From: Spirochaetaceae bacterium
Lineage (GTDB): Bacteria > Spirochaetota > Spirochaetia > DSM-2461
DNA: 64,000 bases
Direction of reading: 5' to 3'
Assembly: GCA_051531975.1 (NCBI GenBank)
Contig: JAOPTT010000012.1
Span: forward strand, 95,783 to 159,782
In this document: positions 31,525-41,120 of the stretch, one piece after another
Position numbering within the stretch: the stretch's first letter is position 1
Layout of the letters: each line of letters opens with the position of its first letter
The notes under the pieces: model-generated
Told to the model about the DNA's origin: nothing
Databases searched by the model: none
Seen by the model: the letters and a program-made list of their open reading frames with translations, nothing else
Made by a program: the position numbers and the translations under genes

Positions 31525-32823
31525 TTACATAAATTCTGGAGTTATTAATCTAGGTAAGAAAAGAGCAATATTTGGGATTAAACATATTAAAACTAGTATT
31601 AAAAACATAGGAATTAAAATGATGATTACATCCTTTAATACGTTTTGAACTTTTTCTTCACCAATTCTTGCGGCAATTAAAAGGCACATTCCATAAGGAG
31701 GAGTAACTAAACCAAAACCTAATGCAACTACCCCGATTATTGAGAAATGTATAGGGTGAATACCAGCTTGTAGTGCTATAGGGTATAAAACACCACCCAT
31801 AATAATAATAGCAGGTATAGCATCAATAAACAGACCAACAATTAAAAATACAAGCGCAATAATTAGAACTATACCAATTGGACCAATAGATAAACTATTA
31901 ATTCCATCTACAAGTGCTTGTGGTATTTTATGATATGATAATAACCAACTAAAAGCTGAGGCTGTACCAACACAAAATAGAGATATACCTGTTAAACGTG
32001 CAGTATCACTTATAATTTTAGCTAATTTTTTAAAATTCAAAGATCTGTTAACAAAACCAAGACCCATCGTATATATAACTGCTATTGCTGAAGCTTCTGT
32101 TGGAGTAAACCAACCAAAAGTTATTCCACCTAAAATTATTAGAGGTGTCATTAAACCAGGAATTGCAACAAGAAATGATTTTACAAATTCTTTAAAGTTT
32201 GATTTGTCATAAACTGGATAATTAAACTTTTTAGCATAAGCATAAACAGTTATCATCATTGATAAACCGAGCATTATACCAGGAATTATTCCAGCTAAAA
32301 ATAGAGAACCAACTGAAATAGACATTGTTCCTCCCCAGATAAGCATTAATATACTTGGAGGTATAATAACACCCATTACAGAAGAACAAGCAGTTATAGC
32401 AATGGAAAATCTTCTGTCATAACCCTCTTTAACCATCTGTGGTATCAGTATCTTACCAATTCCTGCAGCATCAGCAGTAGAAGAACCAGAAATTCCAGCG
32501 AAAAGCATACTTACAAAAACATTTACATGTCCTAAACCACCAGGTAGATGCCCAACAGTAGTTCTTGATAGACCCATTAGCTTTTCAGTAACTCCACTGG
32601 AGTTCATTAAGTTTGCTGCTAATAAAAAGAATGGAACAGATAGTAATAAAAATGAATTAAAAGAAGAATATGTTCTATCAATCAATGCAAATAAAGAAAC
32701 ATGATCAGTAAACATTATTACTGGTACACATGCTAGACCTAATGCAAAAGCAACAGGAACTTTTAAAAATACTAATAATAAAAATACACTAAACATAATT
32801 AGTGCAATAACCAAAGGACTCAT
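31525..32823 (-). CDS. dctM: TRAP transporter large permease
   Basis: ISGSS.AD, IIPPS, TPTEA, TPPYG. Confidence 0.95.
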   Translation of the reverse strand: MSPLVIALIMFSVFLLLVFLKVPVAFALGLACVPVIMFTDHVSLFALIDRTYSSFNSFLLLSVPFFLLAANLMNSSGVTEKLMGLSRTTVGHLPGGLGHVNVFVSMLFAGISGSSTADAAGIGKILIPQMVKEGYDRRFSIAITACSSVMGVIIPPSILMLIWGGTMSISVGSLFLAGIIPGIMLGLSMMITVYAYAKKFNYPVYDKSNFKEFVKSFLVAIPGLMTPLIILGGITFGWFTPTEASAIAVIYTMGLGFVNRSLNFKKLAKIISDTARLTGISLFCVGTASAFSWLLSYHKIPQALVDGINSLSIGPIGIVLIIALVFLIVGLFIDAIPAIIIMGGVLYPIALQAGIHPIHFSIIGVVALGFGLVTPPYGMCLLIAARIGEEKVQNVLKDVIIILIPMFLILVLICLIPNIALFLPRLITPEFM

Positions 32824-32825
32824 AA

Positions 32826-33308
32826 TTAAAGACTCTCCTTACTAACTCGTAAAATAATAGCCTCAATTAAAAAAAGAAGAGACAAAACTCCAAATACAGG
32901 TATAGCTGCACTAACCCAAATCATAGAAACTTGAGCCACATCTGATATGTCGTAAAACATAACTTTTGCATATTTATAACCACGATATATAAATATAGTG
33001 ACAAGTATAAACATTGCTATGTTTACTCCCATATCCCAAATTAAATTTCCTATTTTTGTTTTAGGTTCAGGCAATAAACTCACTGTAAAGTGTGTACCTT
33101 CCTTAACACCAATAGATGCACCAAGAAAAATTACCCAAACAAGTAAAAATCTAGCTATCTCTTCTGTCCATAGTACATAGGGTAAAAATGGTAACAATCT
33201 AGTTACAATTTGTATTGTAACCATTACTAATAGGGATGTAAGTAAAACGGTTTGTAATACTACAAGCCCTCTATATAATCCATTTAATATTCTCTTATAA
33301 TTATTCAT
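32826..33308 (-). CDS. dctQ: TRAP transporter small permease
   Basis: WTEE.AR...W..F.GA; 4 TM segments. Confidence 0.92.
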   Translation of the reverse strand: MNNYKRILNGLYRGLVVLQTVLLTSLLVMVTIQIVTRLLPFLPYVLWTEEIARFLLVWVIFLGASIGVKEGTHFTVSLLPEPKTKIGNLIWDMGVNIAMFILVTIFIYRGYKYAKVMFYDISDVAQVSMIWVSAAIPVFGVLSLLFLIEAIILRVSKESL

Positions 33309-33366
33309 AATATTCCTTAATTGATACTAAAAGTTACCCTTAACAAAAAGGGTAACTATACAGTCT

Positions 33367-34404
33367 TTATTGGATATTCTTTATTGCGTTGAATAAATCA
33401 GTAAATCCTGCTTCATTAACGTATTCCATTATTGCAGGAGTAGCTCTGTTTCTAAACTCTGCTTTATCAGCATCTGAAAAATCATGAGCTGTAGTTAAAC
33501 CAGCATCAACAAGTCTTTGTAATTCTACATCAGCTTGGTCTAATTCTAACATTGAAGCGTACTCACCAGCTTCTTTACCAGCTTTTAAAACAGCAGCTTG
33601 AACTACAGGAGATAGTTTTTTATATGTAGCTTCTGAGATAAAAAGCGGTCTAACAGTAATAGAGTGCTCATTTACAGTGTAGTGAGGTGCAACTTCAAAG
33701 AATCTCATTTGTGCATAACCAAACTTTTCATTCTCTAAACCTTGGATAACACCAGTTTGAACGGCACTGTATACTTCGTCATAAGCTAAAACTGCAGGAA
33801 CTGCACCAACTGCAGCAAAAACTTTTGCCCAGATTGGAGCACCTTGTACTCTTAATTTAAAACCTTGTAAGTCTTCCATATTTGTAATTGGGTAGTTAGA
33901 AATAATACTTCTACTTGAACCACCAGCATAACCAATAACTCTAATGTTAGCTTTTTTTACAATATCATCAGCGATTTCTGTGAATAGTTCACTAGCTAAA
34001 ACTCTGTTTCTATGGTTAACATCTTTAAATAACAGAGGCATATCAACAATTGCAATACTTGGAACTCTTGAAGCAATATTTGCAGGAGCTAAAATAGAGA
34101 TATCTACAGACTCACCTTGACTCATAAATCTAAAAATATCACCTTCAACACCTAATGATTTATTAAGGTTATATACCAATTCAATTTTTACTTCATCTTG
34201 GTATTTATTAACTAATTCTTCAAACTTGTAATAAGATTGTGAATATGGATGATCTTTGTCAAACATTGACGCCGCATTTAAAGTTATTACCTTCATCTCA
34301 CCACTTTCTGCCGGTGCTTCTTTTTGTCCATTAGCAGAAATATTAACTACTGCCACCAATAAAAATATACATAATACAAATAATTTAGCCTGAGATTTTC
34401 TCAT
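33367..34404 (-). CDS. dctP: TRAP substrate-binding protein
   Basis: DL.G.KLRV, EVYSAVQTGVI.G.EN; signal peptide followed by ANGQKE. Confidence 0.92.
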   Translation of the reverse strand: MRKSQAKLFVLCIFLLVAVVNISANGQKEAPAESGEMKVITLNAASMFDKDHPYSQSYYKFEELVNKYQDEVKIELVYNLNKSLGVEGDIFRFMSQGESVDISILAPANIASRVPSIAIVDMPLLFKDVNHRNRVLASELFTEIADDIVKKANIRVIGYAGGSSRSIISNYPITNMEDLQGFKLRVQGAPIWAKVFAAVGAVPAVLAYDEVYSAVQTGVIQGLENEKFGYAQMRFFEVAPHYTVNEHSITVRPLFISEATYKKLSPVVQAAVLKAGKEAGEYASMLELDQADVELQRLVDAGLTTAHDFSDADKAEFRNRATPAIMEYVNEAGFTDLFNAIKNIQ

Positions 34405-34445
34405 TGCTTCCTCCAACTTATTTTGATTGATATAAATATAAACAT

Positions 34446-34482
34446 AATGTTATATACATTCAATCGTAATGTTATAGACATT
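34446..34482. promoter_or_regulatory. tandem GntR-type operators in the dctP promoter
   Basis: AATGTTATATACATT (34446-34460) and AATGTTATAGACATT (34468-34482); minus-strand TTGACA at 34509-34504 with TAGAAT 18 bp downstream. Confidence 0.75.
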
Positions 34483-34613
34483 CTATAATGCATATTTAGA
34501 AACTGTCAATTAAAACTTTTATTTTTATTTTCTAGGAGAATTTTATTTCCAGATTTGCTATTTTATGATAGATTATCAACAATAATTAAAAATAAAGTTA
34601 AGGAGTCTTTACA

Positions 34614-35798
34614 CTGAATAAGTCAAATAAAACACCTATATATCAAGTCATATTCAATGAACTGTTAATAAAAATAAAAGATGGAACTTTTGGTGTAGGG
34701 GATCAGATACCAACTGAGAAAGATCTCATGAAAAAGTATAATACTAGCCGGATAACTGTCGCTAGAGCATTAGGTGAGCTTAAAAATCTAAACTATATAA
34801 CCAGACAAAAAGCTAAAGGTTCTTTTGTTACAGAGCAAAAACATTGGGGTAAAGATAGAACTTCTAACGCTAAAATTGTAAAACCAATTATTGCTGTTGT
34901 TATCCCTTCAGCATCTTCTAATATATCAATTGAATTCGAAGTACTTCAAGGTATAGTTAAATCCTGTAACTCTTTGGGATACTCTGTTACAATTTATAAT
35001 AATAACGAAAGTGAAATAGATAATAATATTACTTCCCAGGAATTTGAGAAGACACTTATCACCGAATTAATTGATCTTGGTATAGTAGGAGTTCTTATTT
35101 TTCCATGTACTCAAAATGAGACACCAGAAATATATAACTTAATGAGTAGAAAATCTTTACCCTATGTTATTTTAGATAGAACTGTGTTTGGAGTAGAAGC
35201 ACCTATAGTATCTTCAGAAAATAGAAAAGGTTTTTTTAATATTGTTGAATATGTAATTTCTAGGGGTCATAAAAGAATTGCTTTTGTTTCTGGTAATACC
35301 TATGAGTCCAGCTGTAGAGTAGACCGTTTTTACGGTTATGTAAAAGCTTTAACAGATTATGAATTAGATATAGATAATGATCTGATTGAACATAATTTAT
35401 TCCCTGAAAATTTTAATAATCAGCATTATAATAATATAGATGATAAAAATAGAGATTATACATTAGCGATAACTAAATTAATAAACAGATTTTTAGGTAT
35501 GGAAAACAGGCCAACAGCTATAGTTGTTTCCAACGATTATATTGCTGTCCGTTTAATAAATATTATTACAAGTTTAGGATATCGAGTTCCTGATGATGTC
35601 TCTATTACAGGATTTGATGGCTTAGCATCCCATACTTTTATATCCCCTATATTAACTACAGTAGGACAAAATTTTCTGTTAATGGGTCAATCTGCAATAA
35701 AGTTATTAGATGAAGTAATTAAAAACCCAACTAAACATAGAAATGAGATACGAATCCCAACTAAATTAATAATTGGAGATTCTGTAAGAAAACTATAG
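34614..35798 (+). CDS. GntR-family regulator with LacI-type sugar-binding domain (AraR-like), probable CTG start
   Basis: Frame is open 38 codons upstream of 34728 and encodes PIYQ..IPTEKDL of the GntR HTH; AAGGAG 8 nt before CTG 34614; C-terminal VPDDVSITGFD. Confidence 0.88.
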   Translation: MNKSNKTPIYQVIFNELLIKIKDGTFGVGDQIPTEKDLMKKYNTSRITVARALGELKNLNYITRQKAKGSFVTEQKHWGKDRTSNAKIVKPIIAVVIPSASSNISIEFEVLQGIVKSCNSLGYSVTIYNNNESEIDNNITSQEFEKTLITELIDLGIVGVLIFPCTQNETPEIYNLMSRKSLPYVILDRTVFGVEAPIVSSENRKGFFNIVEYVISRGHKRIAFVSGNTYESSCRVDRFYGYVKALTDYELDIDNDLIEHNLFPENFNNQHYNNIDDKNRDYTLAITKLINRFLGMENRPTAIVVSNDYIAVRLINIITSLGYRVPDDVSITGFDGLASHTFISPILTTVGQNFLLMGQSAIKLLDEVIKNPTKHRNEIRIPTKLIIGDSVRKL

Positions 35799-35918
35799 TC
35801 TTCTAATTGTTTAATAATATTCTTTGGAACATAAGCATAGAAGAGAATAATACCAGCTATTCAAGATCAGTTTAGCTTTTAAAGTACAAAATATACAAAA
35901 TAAAAATAGTGTATTATA

Positions 35919-37322
35919 TTATAGTTTTTTCCTTTTGTATGGATTCATCACTGAAATTGCATCTTTAATTGAGTCTAACTCCCAGCCACCTAAAATTCCA
36001 AATCCTGGTGTATTATGGTGTTGTCTTGCCATATCTGCATGGGTTAAATATCCTTTTAAAATACGGGAACTACTTTGTAGATTGAACTTCTTTTTATTCT
36101 TTATATAGTAGTTTTTAAGTTGGTATTCTCCGTAGGCTTCAGTTAATACTGATCCATTACATACGTCGCACCCAGAGCAGAATTCTATGCTGGCACCTAA
36201 AAGAGATAACAGACCTTCTCGACGGCATTTTGTATTATCTCTTATTAGTTTTGTTATTGATGAATCTTTATCATTTTTTGATGTTAATAGTATAGCTTTT
36301 GCAGGATTTCTATCCCTTCCACCCCGGCCTGATTCCTGTAAATAGGACTCAATTGAATCAGGAGCTTCTAAGTGTATTACTGTTCTAATTCCTTGCTTGT
36401 CGACACCCATCCCATAAGCACATGTTGCGTTCAATATCCCACTATTACTATCAAAAAACCACTTTTCAATGTCACTCTTTTCCTCTTTTGTTAACCCAGC
36501 ATGATAATAAACAATATCATCCCTTTCTAAGCGTCTTGATAAAAATGTACTAGTTAATTCTGTACTAACTCTACTGCTATGAAATATAATAGCAGGTGTT
36601 TCAATGTTGTTAACCAGATGAACTAATGTCTCTTTTTTACTAATACAGGGTATAACAGAATAAGTAATATTAACCCTATCAGGATTTCCTCTGACAACAT
36701 TTGTATCCTCTCCTAGAAATATATATTTAATTACATTATCTACAATCCTCTGAGAGGCAGTTGCGGTATAGGCTGTAACCATCTCTACACCAATAGTTTT
36801 AATGTGTTCACCAACTTCTAAATAGGTAGGTCTAAAACTCTCTCCCCACTCGGAAACTGTATGGGTTTCATCAATTACTACGTGGTTTAAATTAGCTGAT
36901 GACAACAGCTCTAACACAACAGAGGTTCTAAGTGTTTCAGGGTTAGTTAATATAAATTTCACTTCATCGTTTTGTATCTTTTCATAAGCAATACTTTTTT
37001 CAGAGCTACTCATACCACCTTTTAAAATGGTAACTGTACTTCCTGTTTCTAATATTCTTCTCTCTTGATCTGCCATTAGAGAGAGAAGGGGGAATATAAT
37101 TAATGTAATGCCTTCCAACATAATCCCTGGTAACATAAAACATAGGGATTTCCCTGCACCAGTTGGCAGAAGAACTATCTGTCTTGGTATGGTTTCAAGT
37201 TTATCATCATCACCATAATAACCAGCTGCTCGAAGGGTGTTTGATATTACAAGTCTCTGAAATGGGAATATGTAGTCTATGTTAAATAGCTCTTTGGCTT
37301 TGTTATTAATAAAGTCTTCCAT
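35919..37322 (-). CDS. recQ: RecQ-family ATP-dependent DNA helicase (intact, 467 aa, no obvious HRDC)
   Basis: PTGAGKSLC, PLLSLM.DQ, DETH..SEWG..FRP.Y, YHAGL, AYGMGVDK, QESGRGGR, Zn-binding CRR..C..CD.C. Confidence 0.93.
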   Translation of the reverse strand: MEDFINNKAKELFNIDYIFPFQRLVISNTLRAAGYYGDDDKLETIPRQIVLLPTGAGKSLCFMLPGIMLEGITLIIFPLLSLMADQERRILETGSTVTILKGGMSSSEKSIAYEKIQNDEVKFILTNPETLRTSVVLELLSSANLNHVVIDETHTVSEWGESFRPTYLEVGEHIKTIGVEMVTAYTATASQRIVDNVIKYIFLGEDTNVVRGNPDRVNITYSVIPCISKKETLVHLVNNIETPAIIFHSSRVSTELTSTFLSRRLERDDIVYYHAGLTKEEKSDIEKWFFDSNSGILNATCAYGMGVDKQGIRTVIHLEAPDSIESYLQESGRGGRDRNPAKAILLTSKNDKDSSITKLIRDNTKCRREGLLSLLGASIEFCSGCDVCNGSVLTEAYGEYQLKNYYIKNKKKFNLQSSSRILKGYLTHADMARQHHNTPGFGILGGWELDSIKDAISVMNPYKRKKL

Positions 37323-37353
37323 AAAAGATAGATATGGATTTTTTTTGATTAAA

Positions 37354-37373
37354 TTCAGAATGAAAGAATATTT
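37354..37373. promoter_or_regulatory. conserved 20-bp motif at the upstream boundary of recQ copies (copy 1)
   Basis: TTCAGAATGAAAGAATATTT, identical at 40880-40899 and 47161-47180. Confidence 0.8.
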
Positions 37374-37428
37374 GGTAGATGAGAGTTTTAATAAAAGGTC
37401 TTTGTTTGAATTATGATATAATTTATCC

Positions 37429-37752
37429 ATGATAGTTGATTTGGATCTAATTAAAAAAGATATCACAGAAAAATTAAAAGTATTAAACCCAGATAAAATT
37501 ATTTTGTTTGGAAGCTATGTATATGGTACACCAACAGAAAATAGTGATCTTGATATCTGTGTCGTAGAAGATAAAATTGAATCCAAAATTGCGGAGAAAT
37601 CTAAAATACGAGCTTTAGTAAAAGATATTAGACTTCCTAAAGATATTATTGTCTCATATAAAGAAGAGTATGATTTTTATAAAACTGAAATAAATTCTGT
37701 ATTCTATGAAATTGATACTAAGGGTGATTTACTGTGGCAGAAAAATTCTTAA
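37429..37752 (+). CDS. minimal nucleotidyltransferase (MNT antitoxin)
   Basis: LFGS...G.....SDLD; overlaps the HEPN gene. Confidence 0.9.
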   Translation: MIVDLDLIKKDITEKLKVLNPDKIILFGSYVYGTPTENSDLDICVVEDKIESKIAEKSKIRALVKDIRLPKDIIVSYKEEYDFYKTEINSVFYEIDTKGDLLWQKNS

Positions 37753-38036
37753 AACAATATGAACTCTTACTAAAGAAAGCAAAGGTTGATTTAAAAGTAG
37801 CAAAAAATATCTTCAGGGATTTTATTGGAGGTGATGATGAGCTAGATTTAGAAGTTGTAATGTTTCATCTACAACAATCTACAGAGAAGACATTAAAATC
37901 AATTTTAGATTTCAATAAGATAAAGTTTCCAAGAACTCATGATATTGAAGTGTTAATAAATGTTGCTAAAGAGAATGATATAAATTATATTCTGCTTATC
38001 AACACCCATAGCGCGTACTATGGCTTTTTACGCTAA
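37734..38036 (+). pseudogene. HEPN toxin, probably C-terminally truncated
   Basis: FHLQQS.EK.LK, FPRTHDI; the last ~15 codons read through a recQ remnant and the IS end. Confidence 0.75.
37987..38009 (-). repeat. short recQ remnant immediately 3' of the motif V breakpoint
   Basis: Minus strand ATG GGT GTT GAT AAG CAG AAT AT (MGVDKQN..) vs intact ATG GGT GTC GAC AAG CAA. Confidence 0.65.
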
Positions 38037-39125
38037 TGTGGAAGATATACCTAAATAAAGACTGCCGATAATGAAATATGTTTAGTTTCATAACCACACT
38101 ACTCAATTCAATCTTTAAAATTTTATTCACAAAAAGAAAAGACCTAAAATTCACCTTAATGACATTGAAAAAGGAGAATCAGATCTATAAAAGACAATTA
38201 AATCATAAGAAAGCTCATAACTCCTTAAAAAGGAGAGATAGACTTTTCCTTACTCTGATTTTCAAGCTTTCCAGAAAAGCAACCGATCATTTGACTCTTG
38301 TTCAACCTTAGGCTCTTCTCGATTGATAGCGCAGATTCATTAAGAATTTCTGGAGTTACAAACATAAAACACCCGGCAGAAAGCCAGTGTCTAAAGATAT
38401 TAAAGAATTAATCCTGCAGATGAAACAGGAGAATCAACTTTGGGGATGTCATCGTATAGCTGATGAGCTGAAAAAGCTTGGTATCATACTAAATCCAACG
38501 ACTATAAATAGAATAATTCAGACTTTCAGAAGGGACGGGAAGATTCAGCCTATTGGAAGTTGGAAAAAGTTTCTTAAATCACACTGGGATTCATTATTCG
38601 GAATGGATTTTATGACTATAGACACCTTATTCGGTAAAAAATTCTACCTTCTAATCATCCTTGAACTGAAAACACGAAGGATAATCCGGTATGATTTGAC
38701 AGAAAATCCATCGCGAGAATTTGTGAAGCAAAGGATTGAGTTATTTTCTGAAGATTGTTCAGAGAAGAAGACGCTAATCTATGACAATGCACCTCAGTTT
38801 ACATCTATTGATTATAACTGGTATAACATCAAAGGAGTACATTGTTCTTACGCTCCTAAAATGAATGCTTATGTTGAAAGATTGAATGGAACAATTAGAA
38901 GAGAAGCTCTTGATCAATTTCTATTGTTTTCAGAGAAGCAAGTCCGGAAGTTCATAAAGGAGTACGTAGATTATTATAACTATCGACCTCCACATCAAGG
39001 AATTGAGAGTATTCCAGAGAGCTGCATATATCAAACCTCTGGAAATATAAAAAAACAACACATAAGCGGTTTACACCATCATTATTACAGGAGTAGTGCA
39101 TGAAAGTCAAAAAAGCCATAGCACG
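38014..39125 (+). mobile_element. IS-like element with rve/DDE transposase (IS481/IS3-like), defective
   Basis: Inverted repeats CGTACTATGGCTTTTT (38014-38029) and AAAAAGCCATAGCACG (39110-39125), 15/16 match; no target duplication seen. Confidence 0.8.
38078..39103 (+). pseudogene. integrase-core (rve) transposase with three in-frame stops
   Basis: ORFs 38078 and 38387 share a frame, separated by TAG, TGA and TAG at 38309-38329; EN..WG..RI..EL.KLG, DF.T, D..PQF, NAYVER.NGT.RRE. Confidence 0.85.
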
Positions 39126-39206
39126 GGTTTCTAGTTTATCATCATCACCATAAAAACTAGCAGCTCTTAGAGTATTTGATATTACAAGTCTCTGAAAAGG
39201 GAATAT
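39126..39206 (-). pseudogene. recQ: recQ 5' fragment abutting the IS end
   Basis: Encodes IFPFQRLVISNTLRAASFYGDDDKLET; matches intact 37190-37270. Confidence 0.9.
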
Positions 39207-39233
39207 TTAGCAAAATAGGAAAGTTCTACATAA

Positions 39234-39542
39234 CTAATTAAAGGACTTTGGATAATCAGTCGCACCATGGACAATTCTGTAAATAAAAATAGTTTGATCA
39301 ATAACTTTATAGATACAAATATAATCATTACAAACCAACTTTCTGTAGTCTTGCTTCTGTAGCAGTAAATCGGAATGTTTAGTTCCTGCATAGGGTTGGT
39401 TTTCAAGAATCTGTATTGTTTCAAGTAAGTTGTCAGTTATCAATTCAGCTGATTTGGGTCCAACCATTCTTAAATGAAATTCAGCTACTTTTTCAATATC
39501 TCTAATTGCAGGAGCTAGAAATTCAATTTTAAGCTTTGGCAC
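39234..39542 (-). CDS. RelE/ParE-family toxin
   Basis: A..D..., L...P..G, YRKLV...Y..IY, I.RIVHG..DY; overlaps the antitoxin. Confidence 0.88.
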   Translation of the reverse strand: MPKLKIEFLAPAIRDIEKVAEFHLRMVGPKSAELITDNLLETIQILENQPYAGTKHSDLLLQKQDYRKLVCNDYICIYKVIDQTIFIYRIVHGATDYPKSFN

Positions 39543-39813
39543 TAAAATATCTCTCTTTTAGACGGCTTTTCATCTCACTTATTGTAAATGTTTTTTCACC
39601 TGATAGTCGTGACAATTCAGCTTCCATTATTGCCTCACGATGCTTTAGTATTTTCTCCCGTTCTTCGAAAGCCTCAATACTCATGACAACTAAATCTCCT
39701 TCACCATTTTTGGTAATAAAGATTGCTTCATTAGTCTGATGAGCCAAAGAAGAGATACTTCCATAATCGTTTCTTAATGTTGTAGAAGATTTGATTTGCA
39801 TATTATTCTCCAA
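39529..39813 (-). CDS. Phd/YefM-family antitoxin
   Basis: LRNDY..IS, IFITKNGEGDLVVMSIEAFE. Confidence 0.9.
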   Translation of the reverse strand: MENNMQIKSSTTLRNDYGSISSLAHQTNEAIFITKNGEGDLVVMSIEAFEEREKILKHREAIMEAELSRLSGEKTFTISEMKSRLKERYFSAKA

Positions 39814-39900
39814 TTATAATATAATTCTACCTTTATTGTATCATTATTCTGCTATTCAAACAAATGGAATTGTAATATCGGATATATAATTGTGGAAATC

Positions 39901-39937
39901 TTTCATCTTTTAAACCTTACATAGTGTTTTACGCCAT
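39901..39937 (-). other. junction motif after truncated recQ copy 2 (putative recombination site)
   Basis: ATGGCGTAAAACACTATGTAAGGTTTAAAAGATGAAA, 28/37 identical to 46403-46439. Confidence 0.65.
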
Positions 39938-40848
39938 TCCGTAGGCACATGTCGCGTTCAATATCCCTGTATTACTATCAAAGAACCACTTTTCAATCTC
40001 AGTCTTCTCCTCTTTAGTTAGACCAGCATGGTAATAAATAATATTATCCCATTTTAATCTTCTTGATAAAAATGTACTACTTAATTCAGCACTTACTCTA
40101 CTTGAATGAAATATAATTGCAGGAGTTTCGATACTTTTAACCAAATGTACTAGTGTCTCTTTTTTACTAATACAGGGTATAACAGAATCAGTAATATTAA
40201 CCCTATCAGGATTTCCTCTAACAACATTTACACTCTGGTCTAAAAAAATATGTTTAATTACACTCTCTACAATATATTCTGAAGCTGTAGCTGTGTAGGC
40301 AGTGATTAGTTCTATACCCAATGTTTTAACATGTTCTCCAACTTCCAGATATGTTGGTCTGAAAATCTCTCTCCATTGAGAAACAGTATGAGTTTCATCA
40401 ATTACTACGTGATTAATAAAAGCCCCAGATAACAGTTCTAACACCACAGAGGTTCTAAGTGTTTCCGGATTAGTTAAAATAAACTTTACTTCACTGTTTT
40501 TTATCTTTTCATAAGCAATACTTTTTTCAGAGCTACTCATACCACCTTTTAAAATGGTAACTGTACTTCCTGTTTCTAATATTCTTCTTTCCTGATCTGC
40601 CATTAGGGAGAGTAGGGGGAATATGATTAGGGTTATGCCTTCTAACATGATCCCAGGTAACATAAAACAGAGGGATTTTCCTGCACCTGTTGGTAGTAAA
40701 ACTATCTGTCTTGGTATGGTTTCAAGTTTATCATCATCACCATAAAAACCTGCAGCCTACGGGTGTTTGATATTACAAGTCTCTGAAAAGGGAATATGTA
40801 GTCTATGTTAAATAGTTCTTTGGCTTTATTATTAATAAAGTCTTCCAT
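39929..40848 (-). pseudogene. recQ: recQ 5' copy 2, ATG to motif V (AYGMA*), 1-bp frameshift near 40758
   Basis: Colinear with intact 37322-36408 and one base shorter; upstream homology extends to 40900. Confidence 0.93.
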
Positions 40849-41120
40849 AAAAGATATATACTGTATTTCTATGAATAAATTCAGAATGAAAGAATATTTG
40901 TATCTTGATCATTTAGTCATTTTAAAAGTCTAGAAATTTGGGGGAATTCCAGTTCTACAACTCAATTAAATAAGTTATAGTTGGCATAGATTATATAATT
41001 ATTATTATAAAAATTTTGTATCATCCAAAATTAAACACACAAAATTTCTAAACAAACAGATCGGTTCATTATTATAAGCTGAATTTGACTTCTGCTCAAA
41101 TCACTAAATTTTTGTTCAAT

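Noticed and set aside
37323..37466. N-terminal extension of RecQ in the ORF track
   Set aside because: It overlaps the divergent MNT gene, and codon-level conservation among copies begins at MEDFIN (37322).
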